Translations under genes and position numbers: made by a program
In this document: positions 33,501 to 47,469 of the stretch, one piece after another
Layout: each line of letters begins with the position of its first letter
How positions within the stretch are numbered: position 1 is the first letter of the stretch
Assembly: GCA_050575255.1 (NCBI GenBank)
Contig: JBNZDD010013664.1
Location: forward strand, 3,256,016-3,320,015
DNA: 64,000 nt
From: Harriotta raleighana
Lineage: Eukaryota
Direction: 5' to 3'
Notes under the pieces: generated by a model
Database searches by the model: none
What the model was told of the DNA's origin: nothing
What the model saw: the letters and a program-made list of their open reading frames with translations, nothing else

Positions 33501-34634
33501 CAGGATGTTATTGGTGGGATGGGAAAATCGGGGGGCCTGAAGCAGGCCAGTGTCTGCTGAGTGGACCCTAATTCTCGCCTTCCATGGTCTTGTTCCCCCT
33601 CCCCACACCTCTCTGACCTCTTAACTCCATATCACCTTGTCCACTCGGCAGTCTCCTTCAAGTCCCCTGTCTTAAAGACCTACCTCATCCACCATGCCTT
33701 TGTCCACCCTCCCATCGCCATCCACCCCTCCTGACCGCATCTCCCAGCTCGGGTCAATAAAATGCTGACTGTCCAGTACCCTGAGACATCTTTCTGAAGT
33801 GAGGGAAGCTATACACATGTAATTTGTTGTATTAACACCTTGGAGCACTATACACTTTACAGAGCTGGGGCCTGACAATGACACAGAGGGTGCCTGTGGG
33901 CACTGTCACAAAGGTAGTTTTTTTATGCAGCTTATGAAGATAGAGGGGGTGAGATGGTAGATTTGAGGGACCCTTTGCCAGAAGGCTCGGCCACTGATGT
34001 TGGGTTGGGGGAGATGGGGAATGCACAGCAGGAATGAGTGTCTCGAGTGGAGGAAGTGAGGCTGATGAAGATCGCAAAAATAGTGTGTGAGAGCGAACTG
34101 ATTTAATAATAATCCTTGCATTTGATGTAGCACCTTAACACGTCTTCGACACATCTCCAAATTCTTCACAGAATAAACAGTCAATTCACTTTAGAGTATA
34201 TTTCTGTGAAGTGCATTGAGACATCTCAAAGACGTGAGAAGGCGCTATATCAAATGTAAGGATGATTATTATTACTGTAAAGTGAATTGACTATGTTTTG
34301 TGAGCGAAACAACATTTATTTGTAGTAAAGGTGAGGAATTTGAGAAACATTGGAGGCTGGTGCGGACGGAGTTGATGGCTGTGGGCAAGGATATGGGTGG
34401 CAGAAATTTGGATGAGCTGGAGCTTATGGATGGAAGAACTGGAGAGGTATTTGGGAAGCCATGTTTGATGGTGACAAAGGGGTGAATAATCGGTCGGGCA
34501 GCTTTGCAGTGGAGTAGGAAAGGATGCGGGGATGTAGCGGATGTGAACATTAATTGCTAAACCACCAACCTAAATAATGCGCTACATTAAGCAAGATGTG
34601 TCAAGATGCAATAATAAACTGCTGCTCTTGCAAA

Positions 34635-34735
34635 AACCATTTAATGTGAATATCACACTTGTATCACACCTTTTGCTTATGTAGCTTACATAAGCAAAAG
34701 GTGTGATACAAGTGTGATATTCACCTTAAATGGTT
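34635..34735. repeat. near-perfect 49-bp inverted repeat with 3-nt loop
   Basis: arms 34635-34683 and 34687-34735, one mismatch, loop GCT. Confidence 0.95.
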
Positions 34736-34758
34736 ATGTAATCCTATATTTAAAAATA

Positions 34759-35075
34759 GAGCTCCTGTGGCTCAGTGGTTAGAGCACTCGCCTTACAAGC
34801 ATGAGACCCGTGTTCGAATCCAGGCAGATCAGGGCGAAACCTTGGGCAAGTTTCCGTACTCCACATGCCTGATAATAATCCCTCCAAAAAAACCATAATA
34901 ATAAAATTGGTCATTTCAATCCATGACTGTTTGTGGGACGCTGCTGTGCGCAATTGGCTGCCGCGTTCCGCCCACCAATATACAGTCAATTCACTTTACA
35001 GTATATTCTGTGAAGCGCTTTGCGACGTCAATGAGATGTGAAAAGCACTAAATCAAATGCAAGGATTATTCTTAT
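34759..35075 (+). mobile_element. full-length tRNA-derived SINE with Deu-like central domain
   Basis: A box TGGCTCAGTGG, B box GTTCGAATCC, central TGCTGTGCGCAATTGGCTGCCGCG, LINE-like tail ending CAAATGCAAGGATTATT; dozens of partial copies in the window. Confidence 0.88.
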
Positions 35076-35212
35076 TAAAAAAAACACTTTTGCACAAGGT
35101 GTTACAAAAACATTTCAATCTGTATCATCTATGTATGTGACATTGCAAATGAACCAGCTCTAATGGTGTAGTAGGACAACAGTGAGTAGCTGAGCTGTGA
35201 TTAGCACATTCA

Positions 35213-35529
35213 CCTTGCATTTGATATAGCGCTTTTCACATCTTCTAGACTTCTCAAAGCGCTTCACAGAATATACTGTAAAGTGAATTGACTGTATTTT
35301 TCGTGGGGGAAATGCGGCAGCCAATTGCGCACAGCAGCGTTCCCTACAAATAGTCGTGGATTGAAGTGACTAATTTATTATAGTTGTTTTTTTCGGGGGG
35401 CATTATTATTAGGCATGTGCATGTGGAGCAAGGGAACTTGCCCAATGTTTTGCCCTGACCTTTCTGGATTTGAACACAGGTCTCACACTTGTAAGGCAAA
35501 TCCTCTAACCACTGAGCTACAGGACTCCA
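35213..35529 (-). mobile_element. SINE, same family (inverted relative to the 34759 copy)
   Basis: reverse-complement match including tRNA head. Confidence 0.85.
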
Positions 35530-38500
35530 CATACCATTTATGTTCAGCAAATGATGTCTGTTTAAAAATAGGACCTTAAATTTTTTTTGAAAAAAGCTGT
35601 GTGTCATCATCTCTTTGGTAGGTTGATGTAGAGGATAAATAAATAACAGTGTTAAACTCTTCCAACAACAACAACATTACATTTATAGGCTGTCTTTCAC
35701 GTTGGGAGGATGTCCACAGCCTAACATGCATACAATCAACAAGTCGGGTATTTCAATGGATAACTTGGGAGACCACATTTGTGACACTGTTTGCATTTGT
35801 TTCATTGCACTACACCCTGATCTGTTATTGATGGCATTTGATAATATAATAAGCCTTGCTTTTGATTTTAAAAAAACAGAAATCGCTGGGAACATTCAGC
35901 CGGTCAGGCAGCATCTATGGAGAAAGGAAAGTGAGTCAGAAGTATAACTTGCTTTTGATGTTGCCTCTTTGACATCTGGAGGGCATTTCAAAAGATTTTT
36001 TTTACTGTACGTGTAGTGACTTGGTATTTTGCAGACAAACATAGCTGCCAATTTGCACACAACTGTGACCCACAAACAGCCATGAAGTCAATGGCCAATG
36101 TTATCCGTGGGATGGTTGGCTAGAGTACTGGGAGGAACTCCCTTCTCTTTTGAAATAGTGCCATGGGATCTTTAACAAACACACTGACGGGGCCTTGGTT
36201 TAAAGTCTCATCTAAAGGCCAGTAACTACTGTACATCACTCCCTCAGCACTGACACTTATTTGAATTCAATGTCCCAAAGTGGTTCTTGATCCCACAGGC
36301 CTTATGACTTGGTGAGGTGGAGTGCTACTCACTAGAGTCAGGCTGGCACACCTGTGAAATAGGTTTCAGTTTCCAAAACAGATCAAACACAGTGTGAATA
36401 CTGTTCAACTGTGAAGACCATTGTCCTTTCTGACGACATACAAACAGTACACAGGGAACGAAAGAGAAGCAATTCAGGCTAAAATTAGGATTCAGGTTCC
36501 ACCACTGTTAAGCGCTCGGAGATGCTACCCTGAGTAGAGGGCGCTATGTAAGTGTGAGTGGCTGTTGCTGTTGTTGTTGTAAAGCACATTCAATAAAACT
36601 GTCAAAAAGAAAACGTACATTTTCACTGTATGCCCAGAACATTTCACCCCTTCCCAGTCCACTGACAAACTCCCTACAGCAACTGACCACTAGAGGGCAA
36701 GCAAGAGGTAGCTCGCTGCTCATTTCCAACCTTCCGCCCGCATCAGATCAGGAACTCGTTGTGAGGAGCAAGCTCATGTGCAGAGCTTTGGGCTGGTAAA
36801 GTACATCACTCGGGCCACTCTGCTCTCTCGCTGCATATCAGATGCTTTGGGGGTTTCCTGTTTATTGTGGCTTTATCACATCTACCGTGTACAACTGACT
36901 AATAATGATCATAATTATTGCATTTGATATAGCGCTTCAGCATTTCTTCGAGACGCTTCACAAAAGACACTATATCAAGTGAACTAACTATAAATTTTGT
37001 GGGTGAAATGCGGTAGCCAATTGCACAGAGCAGTGTCCCTCAAACATTGAATGTGGATTGAATGACCACATTTTTAATCTATAGTCAGTTCACTTTACAG
37101 TATATTCTGTGAAGCGCTTTGAGAGATCTAGCAGACGTGATAAGGCGCTATATCAAATGCAAGGATTATTACTATTAGTTACTATACTGTAAAGCAAATT
37201 GGCTGTTTATTTTATGGATAAAAAGCAGCAGCTAATTGTATAGAGCAGTGTCCCACATTAAATGACCACATGGTTAGCCTCAAAGCAGAATGAAAGTGGA
37301 CCAACTGATTTTATTGAAAGTTTTCCCCCAACATTTTGCTCTATTTGGTGGTCCAGTTTATCCCAGATCGTTTCTAGGGGTTCTGACCTGCAACCTCTGT
37401 GTGGTTCTTGGGTTTCAGCTATCAGACACTTTAACGATAGTGTTGCAATGGTTATAAATAATACAGTGTTTAGGGTTGTTCAGATTGTTGTGTCTTATTA
37501 CATGTTTGATCTTGGTTTCCGCAGCTTTTAAACCCCTGTGGAGCACCATTAAATCGAACACCATTGGGTCATGTTCCCACACACACACACACAGAGTCCC
37601 ATTGCACAATGCTTAGTGCTCTCAGCTCACAATCAAGTGGATCCAGGTTCGATTCCCAGGTGGGATGAAACTTTAGGCAAGATTCTTTTCTCCACATGCC
37701 TTTGTTTTTATCCCGCAGTAAGTAATTTGTTAGTCAATTGGAGGATAGCTTTCCAGCGGGTAATAATCCAAACTAGCTAAATAAATAATAATTTGGTCAC
37801 TCAATCCATGGCGGTTTGTGGGACAGTCCTGTGCGCAAATGGCTGCCACGTTTCAACCACAAAATACACAGTCTCTCCACTTTCCAATAAATATTCTGCA
37901 AAGCACTTTGAGATCTCTCAATTATGTGATAAGGTGATATATCAAATGCAAGGATTATTATTATTATATCTAAGTCCCTTTTGAGAGTTATTATTGAATC
38001 TGATTCCACCACCTTTTCAGACATTACATTCCAGATCATAACAACTCTGTATGTGGTTAAAAAAAACATTATCCTTGTCTCTCCTCTGGTTCTTTATCCA
38101 ATTATCTTAAATCTGTGTCCTCTGATAAACAACCCACCCACCCCCCTGCCAGCGGAAACAGTTTCTCCTTAGTTACTCAATTCCAACGGATGTTTGCATC
38201 TAGTGCTCAAATGTGTCGGTGTAAGTGCAGATTGTGCAGGAAGGGCTTGTTTTATGGCTGTTCAGTTTGTGTCACTGTTCAGACATGTGGTCCCAACCCA
38301 TAAAAGTAATAGATTTACAACCTTGATTCCTTTAGTTGCAGACTTGCAAGAACCAAATCCTTTGATGTGCAGTGTTAAAAACCGCGACCACTCCTTTAAC
38401 CACTTCCATTTTCTTTGCTATTTTTAATGGCCTCAGGGAGGCACTGCACACTCCAATGTTGCTTCTGAATGTCTCACAATCAGGATTCTGCTATTACCAT

Positions 38501-38975
38501 CTCAATAGTACAAAACACGATACTAAATTATATTTGTAAAAGCGCCTTTCATATCGGGTGGACGTCCCAAGTCACTGAACAGTAAGGGTTTAGCATAACA
38601 ATACTAATAATAATCTACGCATTTAATTTAGCACCATATCTTGTTGCTGAGATGTCTCACAGGCTATACTGCAAAGTGAATTGACAGGATAGTTCGTGGG
38701 TGAACAAACAGTCGGGGACTGAGTGAGCAAATTATTATTATTATTACTGTATTACTATTTTTCCAAGGTTTATTATGCCAGGAAAAGCGATCTGCCAATC
38801 AATAATAACTGGGCTTCTGGAGCAAGGAAACTTGCCTAAGGTGTTCCCCCTGCCTGGGAATCGAACCCAGGCAGGCCCTCTAACTTGCGAGGCAAGTGCA
38901 CTACCCACTATGCTACAGGACTCACATGCTATCACTAATTATTCATAAAAGTTAGTGGTCAATGGACAGACGTAC

Positions 38976-39181
38976 CTGGGGCTCGATGTCGACCACAGCG
39001 ATTTTGCCTTGCTCTTGGTTGATCTCACGGATGGTCTCCAGCTTGGTTCCGAACATGGCCCCTTGGAAGCTGCCGTACTCCAGGAACTCGTTGCTGGAGA
39101 TGTTCTTGGCCATGTCCTCATGGGAGATGAAGTAGTAGCTCTTCCCGTCTTCCTCATTCTTCCTTGCTGGTCTGGAGGTGT
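38976..39181 (-). CDS. MPP1: MPP1 exon 10 ([20 protein letters not shown]...FGTKLETI...DIEPQ, GuK)
   Basis: AG/GT; in frame. Confidence 0.97.
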
Positions 39182-40510
39182 CTAGGGGAGGAGGAAAGGA
39201 CATTCTACGGAGGGTTCATTACTGCTAATCAGGACAGAGTCAGATCCGTTCTGCTGTTACTCGGATTAACCAACAAGTAGCGATGTTGGTTAGAAGTTTT
39301 ATGCAGGGCTGTTATAGTCTGGAACATACTCCCTGAAAGGGCGATGGAGACAGATTCAATAACTACTTTCAAAAGGGAATTGGATAGGTATTTGCAAAGC
39401 AAACTTTTGCAAGGGTGAGGGGAAATAGCAGTGGAGTGGGACTAGTTGGTAGCTCTTCCAAAGAGCTGGCACAGACATGTTAGTCTGAATGGCCTCCTTC
39501 TGTATTGTTAATGGATGTCCTCAAGATGTTATACAAATGTAATTTTGTTGTTGTTGGTGTACTCTTCTATGATTCTATGTATGAGAGTTTTTATGTTTGG
39601 ATTCCAGCTCCACTTTTCTGTACATACAGTATAATGATTAATTCCAAACAGGCCTGTCAGCTCAGCCTCACTCAGCCCGTCCCACCATCCGCAGGCCTTC
39701 AACCTCTCTACCCTTACCCTTTGGAACTCCATCCCAAAGTCCCTTCACCTCACCCCCTTCCTTTGCTTCCTTCAAGGCCCATCTCAAGACCCTCCTCTTC
39801 GACCGTGTCTTTGGTCATTCTCCTACCAGCACCTCCCACGCCCCCACCCCTTCTGATCTCAACCTCCAGCATGGATCCAGTGTGCCANAAAGTCCCTTCA
39901 CCTCACCCCCTTCCTTTGCTTCCTTCAAGGCCCATCTCAAGACCCTCCTCTTCGACCGTGTCTTTGGTCATTCTCCTACCAGCACCTCCCACGCCCCCAC
40001 CCCCCCACCCCTTCTGATCTGAACCTCCAGCATGGATCCAGTGTGCCACAAACATCCGTGGAGCGAGTGACCAATTTTATTTGGGGGATTCTTGGCCAGG
40101 ACACCAGGAGAGAGAAATTCCCTTCACTTTTTTTGAACAGTTCCATGGGATTTAACATCCACCTGAACAGGCAGACGAGAGCTTGGTTAACGTGCCAGGC
40201 GAAGGACGCAGCTCTGACAATGCCGCATGTCCCCAGCTCTACATTGGAGCATCAGGTTAGACCTGTGTGATTGCAAGTCTGGATGTGGGGCTTGAACCCA
40301 CGACCTTCTGAGTCAGGTGAGAGTGTTTTTATTGAATCAGGCTGGCACACAATAAGTGTGATAAGGCGCTGACCAAAATATCATACAATTAGGGTAACTG
40401 AGAAAAGTCTGTGTGGATGTAAAAAAGCACTATGGACACACACCATTCTGCTAACCAGCCGAGGACTCCAGCGGGATGTGCCTTGTATTCAGGGCTGTTC
40501 TGGTACTTAC

Positions 40511-40591
40511 GTGGAATTGGATAAGCAAACTTGTCTTCGTGCTGGGTCACCAAAGAGCTTTTGATGTGCCTCCGTCCAACTCCGTTAGCCC
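40511..40591 (-). CDS. MPP1: MPP1 exon 9 ([27 protein letters not shown], GuK)
   Basis: AG/GT; in frame. Confidence 0.96.
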
Positions 40592-41413
40592 CTAAAATGA
40601 ACAACACAAACAGGATATTGGGTTGGGGTGGGCATAGCAATCCCCCACAGTACAAAAGTACCATCAATTTTGTTTCCTCCTCTTTCCCTCCTCCCATCCA
40701 TAAACCCTCTCCCTCACTGCCCCCCACCCCACTCCCCTGTTACTATTTGTCTCTGTGTAGATAGTATATGAGACTTGAGAGCCCTTCTTTTCAACGGATA
40801 ATGAACAAGGCTGTCAGTGGAGATGTGTTGCTGGGCACTGGCTGGAGCAGCAGAGTGCTGCAAGCCTGACTGCACAGCGACATCACACACACACACTAAT
40901 GAAGCCATGTGATGAATGAACGCACATCTCTGCTGCCCTCCATTTACCTTCCCTGCGGGAAATTCAGGCAGAGTTCAGTCTGGGTTGGACGCAGTAACAT
41001 TCCACTCAGACAGAACCAGGATTAATATTTAATCAGTCGGCTTCAATTCTGAGCTCAAGATCCACATCCTCACGCTCTCTCCTCCCTGTCTCTGGAACCT
41101 GTTAAAACTGCACCAATATGTCTGCTTGCCTCCACTCTAAGCCCAGTCCCCCCTGCCCTGCCCTGCCTACTCCACTATCGGCGGGCGGGCCTTCAGCCTC
41201 TCTGCTCCCACACTCTGAAACTCCATTCCACCTTGCCCCCCTTCCTTGTCTCCTTCAAGACCCATCTCAAGACATTCCTCTTCGATCCCCTGATTCCAAC
41301 CCTCATGGATCAGCGCCTTGAAATGTCCATTTGACACAAAGAGTGCTATATATAAATGAATTTGCTATGATTGATGTTGGGCACTGTGATTAAAGATACC
41401 TATTGCCCCTCAC

Positions 41414-41494
41414 CTAAAAGGACCAATGTCTTCCTGTTGAACGCAGGGAGCTGCACCACCTCTTCATATGACACCAGATCAAGCCGGTCGAATA
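41414..41494 (-). CDS. MPP1: MPP1 exon 8 ([27 protein letters not shown])
   Basis: AG/GT; in frame. Confidence 0.96.
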   Translation of the reverse strand, partial: YSTGLIWCHMKRWCSSLRSTGRHWSF

Positions 41495-42924
41495 CTGCGG
41501 AGAGGAAACAATTAGACACTATTTTCAGAGTGCTGTCTCTCACTGCACTGGATGCCCACACACTGTAATACCCTTAGCTTTGAGTACAGTAGTACTGTAC
41601 CATCCGCTGGTTGGTAATTGTACTTTCTGCCACTGTGCCCCGAGACTCTGCATCTCTCGGGCTTGGTCTTGTCCCTCCCCACCCCTCACTCCCCCCTACT
41701 CACTCCCCCCATCGCACGTCTTCAAATCACATCTGAATATCTTCCTTCTTCTTTGACACCTATTGTCACCTCCCATTCTTGCTCCATGGCCGTTTGTGGG
41801 ACATTGCTGTGCCCAATTGTGCTGCCGTGTTTCGCCCATAAAATACAGTCAGTTGACTTTACTGAATTCTGTGAGGCGCTTTGAGATGTCTCAATAACAT
41901 GATAAGGCACTATAGCAAATTCAAGGATTATTATTAATAATAATTGTGCTGCCAAGTTTGCCTATAAATTCATAGTCACTTGACTTGACAGTGAATACTA
42001 CTTTGGGATTGAGCCTGAGGTGCACTTCTGATGTGATCGGGTGTAAATTGCAAGGATTATTATTATTAAAGCTGTTGTTTCTAAAAGTAAGGTGCCCTTG
42101 AAATATCTGGTGCCCAGTACAGCAAAGCTGTCAAGAGTGCTGCGTGTGGTCTAGCCACAGAAGCTAACACAGTTGGACAACGACAGTGTGTCAGAAAGCA
42201 AGCCACCCACGAGGGGACATTGTGTTGATGTTACACCTGCAAAGCTCTCCTTCTGTCCCAAATACTGTATAAGAAGTATTATCGGAACTGATCGTATCCC
42301 ACTGTAATAACACCAGCTGTACAATACACCAATGTTAGTCCTCTCCATTCGTTCTTCCAGCAAATATCTTGGTAGGCCAGTCACTAGGATAACGGAATCC
42401 TCGCACTCAACTCCTATTAATCCTGCAAGCCAAAGCCCTAATGGGTAGGGTGCTCCTAGCTGGATAAGGTGCGGGAAAGCTTGCCGGACAACAATACCAA
42501 TGATAAGCTATATAGTTTTAGCCAGTTAAGACTCCAATAGTTACCCTAACGCACACTCTGGTGTCCCACAGCTTTGGCTCTTGTCAAACTGCACCTAATA
42601 CTTTCTGGAATTAGGTAAACAGGATGTGTCCCTCCAGGGAGAGAGAGAGCACATGCCATTCCAACAATCGAGCTCTGGAATTGGGTGGGAAACATGGAAT
42701 TCCCAGGTTCGTTTGGAGACTCTTAAACATGGTGATGGATTCTGCACGTGTCCAACATGTGGCAACTGACCAAAACATTTTTTTTTTGCCAGTCCAGCCC
42801 CCAGCACCCAATCCCCCCCTAGTCCCAGCCCCCAATCCCCACCTCCAGTCCCCACCCAGACCCCAATCCAGCTCCCAGTCCCAAGTCCCAGCCCCCCCTA
42901 CCCAAGCCCCCAGTCTGTCCGTAC

Positions 42925-43034
42925 TTGCGCTGTGCTTGGCCAGGTACTTGTCTTTACATTGCTTCTTCTTCTTCGCAAACATCCCACAGCCTGACGTGGC
43001 ATCGTGATTGGCACCATTCCTATTGGCCACTCGC
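42925..43034 (-). CDS. MPP1: MPP1 exon 7 (RVANRNG...FAKKKKQCKDKYLAKHSA, HOOK/4.1-binding)
   Basis: AG/GT; Lys-rich HOOK region. Confidence 0.95.
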
Positions 43035-43806
43035 CTGCAAAGCACAATGACATTGTATAGGAGGAGAGTGTGGTGTGTGGCAGCCTGGCTCAGCTAGTAG
43101 CCCCCTCACCCCTGAGTCACAAGATTGTGGGTTCAATCTTTGCGTCGGGACCTGGGTCTCACATCGTCTAAAGCTGAGACTCCAGAGCAGTGCTGGGGGA
43201 GTTACTGTACTGTTAGTGGTGGAGTCCTTTGGACAGTGTTTTAAACAGAGATCCTAAATGCTTGTCCAGGTGGATAGCCCTCCACGGCCTTGCCCCACCC
43301 TACCTCTGAGACTTCCTAACCCTCTACCTGCCCGCTCCCTCCGCTCAGCGGATGCCAGCCTGCTCCATATCTCTCACACCACCATCAGCGGGTGAGCCTT
43401 CAGCCACTCTGCCCCCAGTCCCTCCGCTTTGCCCCTTCCCTGGCCTTCTTCAGGTCGCGTCTCAAGACCCTCCTCTTTGACAGTTCCATCAGTCACCCCC
43501 AAATCCCCTCCTTTTCCTCCACCCTCCCCAATACCAACTCCAACTCGGGTCTCAACATTGACTGTCCAGCGCTTGGGGACATTCTCCCAATGTGAAAGGC
43601 GCTCTACAAGTGCAATGTTTCTTGCTGGTGGTCAATGAGCAGCTCTCACATACAATAAACTGTAGTCACAAACACACACACACACACACACACACATAAT
43701 AAAGTATATTGTGTAAAGTATTCTGTGATGTGATAAGGTGCTAAATCAAATGCAAGGAGTATTATTATTATTGGAGCCACATCTGTTACAAAACAGACTC
43801 ACACAG

Positions 43807-43959
43807 NNNNNNNNNNNNNNNNNNNNNNNNNNNNNNNNNNNNNNNNNNNNNNNNNNNNNNNNNNNNNNNNNNNNNNNNNNNNNNNNNNNNNNNNNNNNNN
43901 NNNNNNNNNNNNNNNNNNNNNNNNNNNNNNNNNNNNNNNNNNNNNNNNNNNNNNNNNNN
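43807..43959. other. assembly gap (N run); further gaps at about 63041-63176 and 63713-63909
   Basis: runs of n. Confidence 0.99.
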
Positions 43960-43996
43960 TTCCTCGTGTTGGAACATTGGTAAGAAGGGGCCATAC

Positions 43997-44190
43997 CATT
44001 CCTGCAGCTCTGGTGAGGGGAGGAGTCCGGGTGGGAGTGAGGAGTTCTCTACGCTGCCCTGCCACCAGTTGGGATCGTCCTTGCTGATTATCCTAAGGAT
44101 GTCCCCCGTCTTAAACTTCAAGCCGGCCTCCTTACACGGGATCAGATCATCTTTCCTTGGGTCGTAATCAAACTGAGCTCGCATGTACAT
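43997..44190 (-). CDS. MPP1: MPP1 exon 6 ([26 protein letters not shown]...[10 protein letters not shown]3)
   Basis: AG/GT; MAGUK SH3. Confidence 0.97.
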
Positions 44191-44777
44191 CTGGAAGAGA
44201 GAGAAATCATTCAGGCAACAGTTCAGCCACCGAGCAACACACACACAGTGGGAGTCAATCACACCCTCGGTTAGTTAAATCCTTTCAGACTACAGTACAA
44301 TTAATAAAGCGCACAGTCACTACACTGAACAACTCTCTCACTCCACCCTCCATCTGTGACTGACTGAAATCTTACCAAGCCATCCACTCCCCCTGCTCTT
44401 CAGGCCCTGGCCTGCTCTACGTCCCCCACACAGCCCGGCTCCACCATCAGTGGTTGGACCCTCACTATTTCTGCCCCATTTGCTGGAGCTCCTTTGCCTC
44501 ACCCCCTCCCTTGGCTTCTTCAAGGCCCATCTAAAGACATTCCTCTTTTACTGTGCCTTCATTCTCCCACCTAACGTTCCCCCCACCTTCCACCCCTTTT
44601 GACTCCAGCCCACAGCTCAGGTGCAAACCCTTCACTGTTCAGCGCCTTGGGATGTTCTCATGACATGAATGCAATTTATTTTTGCTCTTCACCTGCAAAA
44701 CGTACAGTCACTACACTGTACAATGGATCCTGTGGAGCACTTTGAGATGCCCTCCTAATGCAAGAGCTTAACTTAAG

Positions 44778-45268
44778 TAGCTTAGTGGTTAGAGCACTCG
44801 TTTTACAAGCATGAGACCTGTGTTCGAATCCAGGCAGATCAGGCTGAAACCTTGGGCAAGTTTCCTTACTCCACACACCTAATAATAATCCGTCCCCAAA
44901 AAACCACAATAATAAATTGGTCATTTCAATCCATGACTGTTTGTGGGGACGCTGCTGACCACAATTGGTTGCTGCGTTCCGCCCACCAATATACAGTCAA
45001 TTCACTTCATAGTATATTCTGTGAAGCGCTTTGAGACATCAAGAAGACGTGAAAAGCGCCTTATCAAATGCAAGGTTGTTATTATTACTATTATATTATT
45101 ACTATTATATTATTACCATTATATTCTTATTACTATTATATTATTAGTAGTATTTATCATTACTATTATTGCTATTATTACTATTATATTATTACTATAT
45201 TATTGGTACCATTATATTATTATTACTACTGTATTATTTTTACTACTATTATTATATTATTATTATTA
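44778..45268 (+). mobile_element. SINE, same family, with expanded (TAT/TAC)n tail
   Basis: head, Deu-like core and tail; low-complexity tail 45080-45268. Confidence 0.85.
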
Positions 45269-45293
45269 AAGAGACAGGCAGGTGTTCACTCAC

Positions 45294-45362
45294 CTGAAAG
45301 GAAGGGACGTTGCAGCGAGAGCTGGACTGGACCTGCAAACTGATTGTTCCCTTCATGTCTTT
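45294..45362 (-). CDS. MPP1: MPP1 exon 5 (KDMKGTISLQVQSSSRCNVPSFQ)
   Basis: AG/GTGAGT; 69 nt, phase 0-0. Confidence 0.9.
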
Positions 45363-46227
45363 CTGCAACAGAAAATGGAGAGAGACTGGTTTCCCTTTAC
45401 TGCAATGAGCTATTGTGGCCAGTACACTTGTACATCACAATATCCATGTGTATCAAGCGCTCAGAGGCACTAACCTGTGAGACGGTCGCTATATCAATAC
45501 AAGTTGTTGTTTGTAGTGTGTTATGTACCCTCAGTGTGAAAGCCTTGTGACCAGTCGTAAAATGTGAGCCAAGACAGTGAGTGATTTAAGTCTGTGATCA
45601 CCAGGATCCACACTAGACTAGACTAGACTCTCTTGAAAGGAGCTCACTTTGAGCAGTGTTATAAACACAAAACAGAAACTATCCCTATGTCCGTCACAAA
45701 ATATATTAGTCCCATTAGAGAATCCCAGAGGATCGAATTCAAGATCCTCATCCTCACCTTCATTCATGGCCTTGCACTCCCCACCCCACCCCCGCCACCA
45801 CCTCTCCAACCCGATGCCCCCTCCGTTCAGCAGGTTCCAGCCTGCTCAATGTCCCTCGCCCGACCCTCTCTTCTATCACGGATGAGCTTTCAGCCTCTCT
45901 GCCCCCACACTCGGAAACTCAACCCCAAAGTCCTTTCACTTCGCTCCCTCCCTCCCTCGCCTACTTCAAGACCGGTCTCAAGATCCCTCCTCTTCAACTG
46001 CCTTCTGCTGCCCTCCCAACTCTCTCCCTCCCCTCCTAACTCTCTCCTGCCTGCCCTGCCCCTCTCCCTTTGCTCGGGTCCCGAACCAACTGTTCAGCGC
46101 CTTGGGACGTCCTCCCAACGTGAAAGGCGCTCTAGAAATATAATTTTGTTGTTGTAGTAGTTGTTAGGAAATACCGCACATCAGACCCCGGTTGTGGTCC
46201 CCAACGCACTGAGCGGCTGAGACTCAC

Positions 46228-46313
46228 CAGCAGAAGCTGCAAATCCTCCACTGTCTGGTTGGCCACGTTGTCACCATTGATTTCCTGAATCTCATCCCCC
46301 ACGTGCAGGCTGC
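46228..46313 (-). CDS. MPP1: MPP1 exon 4 (GSLHVGDEIQEINGDNVANQTVEDLQLLL)
   Basis: AG/GT; PDZ. Confidence 0.96.
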
Positions 46314-46369
46314 CTGTCAATTCAAAGGATCAGCGACAATAAACCTCACTCAGACGTATGATACACTGT

Positions 46370-46686
46370 GGAGTCCTGTAGCTCAGTGGGTAGAGCACTT
46401 GCCTTGGAAGCGAGAGACCTGGGTTCAATTCCCAGCAGGTCAGGGTGAAATCTTGAGTAAGTTTCCTTGCTCCACATATCTGATAACAATCTCTTGATAA
46501 AAGTATAATAATAAATTGATCACTTCAATCCACCTCTTGTTTGTGGGGACACTGCTCTATGCAATTGGCTGCCAAGTTTTGCCCACAAATATACAGTCAA
46601 TTCACTTTACAGTATATTCCGTGAAGTGCTTTGAGACGTCTAGCAGATGTAAAACGTGAAATTATCAAATGTAAAATTATTATTAG
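46370..46686 (+). mobile_element. SINE, same family
   Basis: A/B boxes, core and tail. Confidence 0.85.
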
Positions 46687-46889
46687 AGGCCAAGATCAAT
46701 TACTTATTAATTCACTGATTCACTTATTAATTAGTTATTGATTCACTTATTAATTCATTAATTTATAAATAAATAAATTGATTAATTAATTAATTAATTA
46801 ACACCTTGGTTAATTGATTAATTAATACTTTGATTAATTACTATGAATTAATTAACATCTCATTAATTAACGAGTGAGGAACGCCTTAC

Positions 46890-46968
46890 CTTGTTTGTGA
46901 ATCATTCCCCCGTGCAGGATGCGGCCGATGACACAGCGGCCCTTCTCATTCAGCTTCAGTGTGATCCC
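46890..46968 (-). CDS. MPP1: MPP1 exon 3 ([26 protein letters not shown])
   Basis: AG/GT; PDZ. Confidence 0.96.
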
Positions 46969-47043
46969 CTGCATAGGAGCAAAGAGGATGAGTACATTGC
47001 TCTCTGTGCCCAGCCCAGTCCAGCCCAGCGCACATGCTCTCAC

Positions 47044-47402
47044 CAGGAACAGCGTAAGGGTATTTGGCACCCTAGGCAAGCCTTCAGATGTGCACCCCCT
47101 AGCAACTTTTGAAAAGCTAATGTTAATACTAAAAATTCATATCATTAATTATCAATGAAAGTAATGGTAACAATTATACATTTATTTATTTATGAAACAT
47201 ACTGTACTTCTGTTTTATTTAAGTACATATTAAGCATTCTCCGGGAAACTTACTGCTAACTCCCACGCTTCCGCCAGCAGCGACAGGAGTCATTTTTGCC
47301 ATACACGGCAAACCGCATGTGCTGTGTAACCAGGGCCGGCGCCCCCAAAATTTTGGCGCCCTAGGCGACCGCCTAGTTCGCCTAAAGGTAGCGCCTGCCC
47401 TG
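47044..47402. mobile_element. possible hAT-like non-autonomous DNA element
   Basis: CAGGGCCGGCGC...GCGCCTGCCCTG termini at 47331-47402; GGC(A/G)CCCTAGGC motif repeated near 47067 and 47355. Confidence 0.45.
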
Positions 47403-47469
47403 GCTCTCACACAAACCCTGTGTGTGAACACACTCTGGCACAGGTGTATGTGACACAGGGATCAGCCTC

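Noticed and set aside
34759-34830. tRNA-like sequences with A and B boxes
   Set aside because: They are heads of the SINE family, continuing into the SINE body, not tRNA genes.
42541-42551. ACCCTAAC as a telomerase RNA template
   Set aside because: Lies inside an interspersed repeat, with no pseudoknot, CR4/5 or H/ACA domain.
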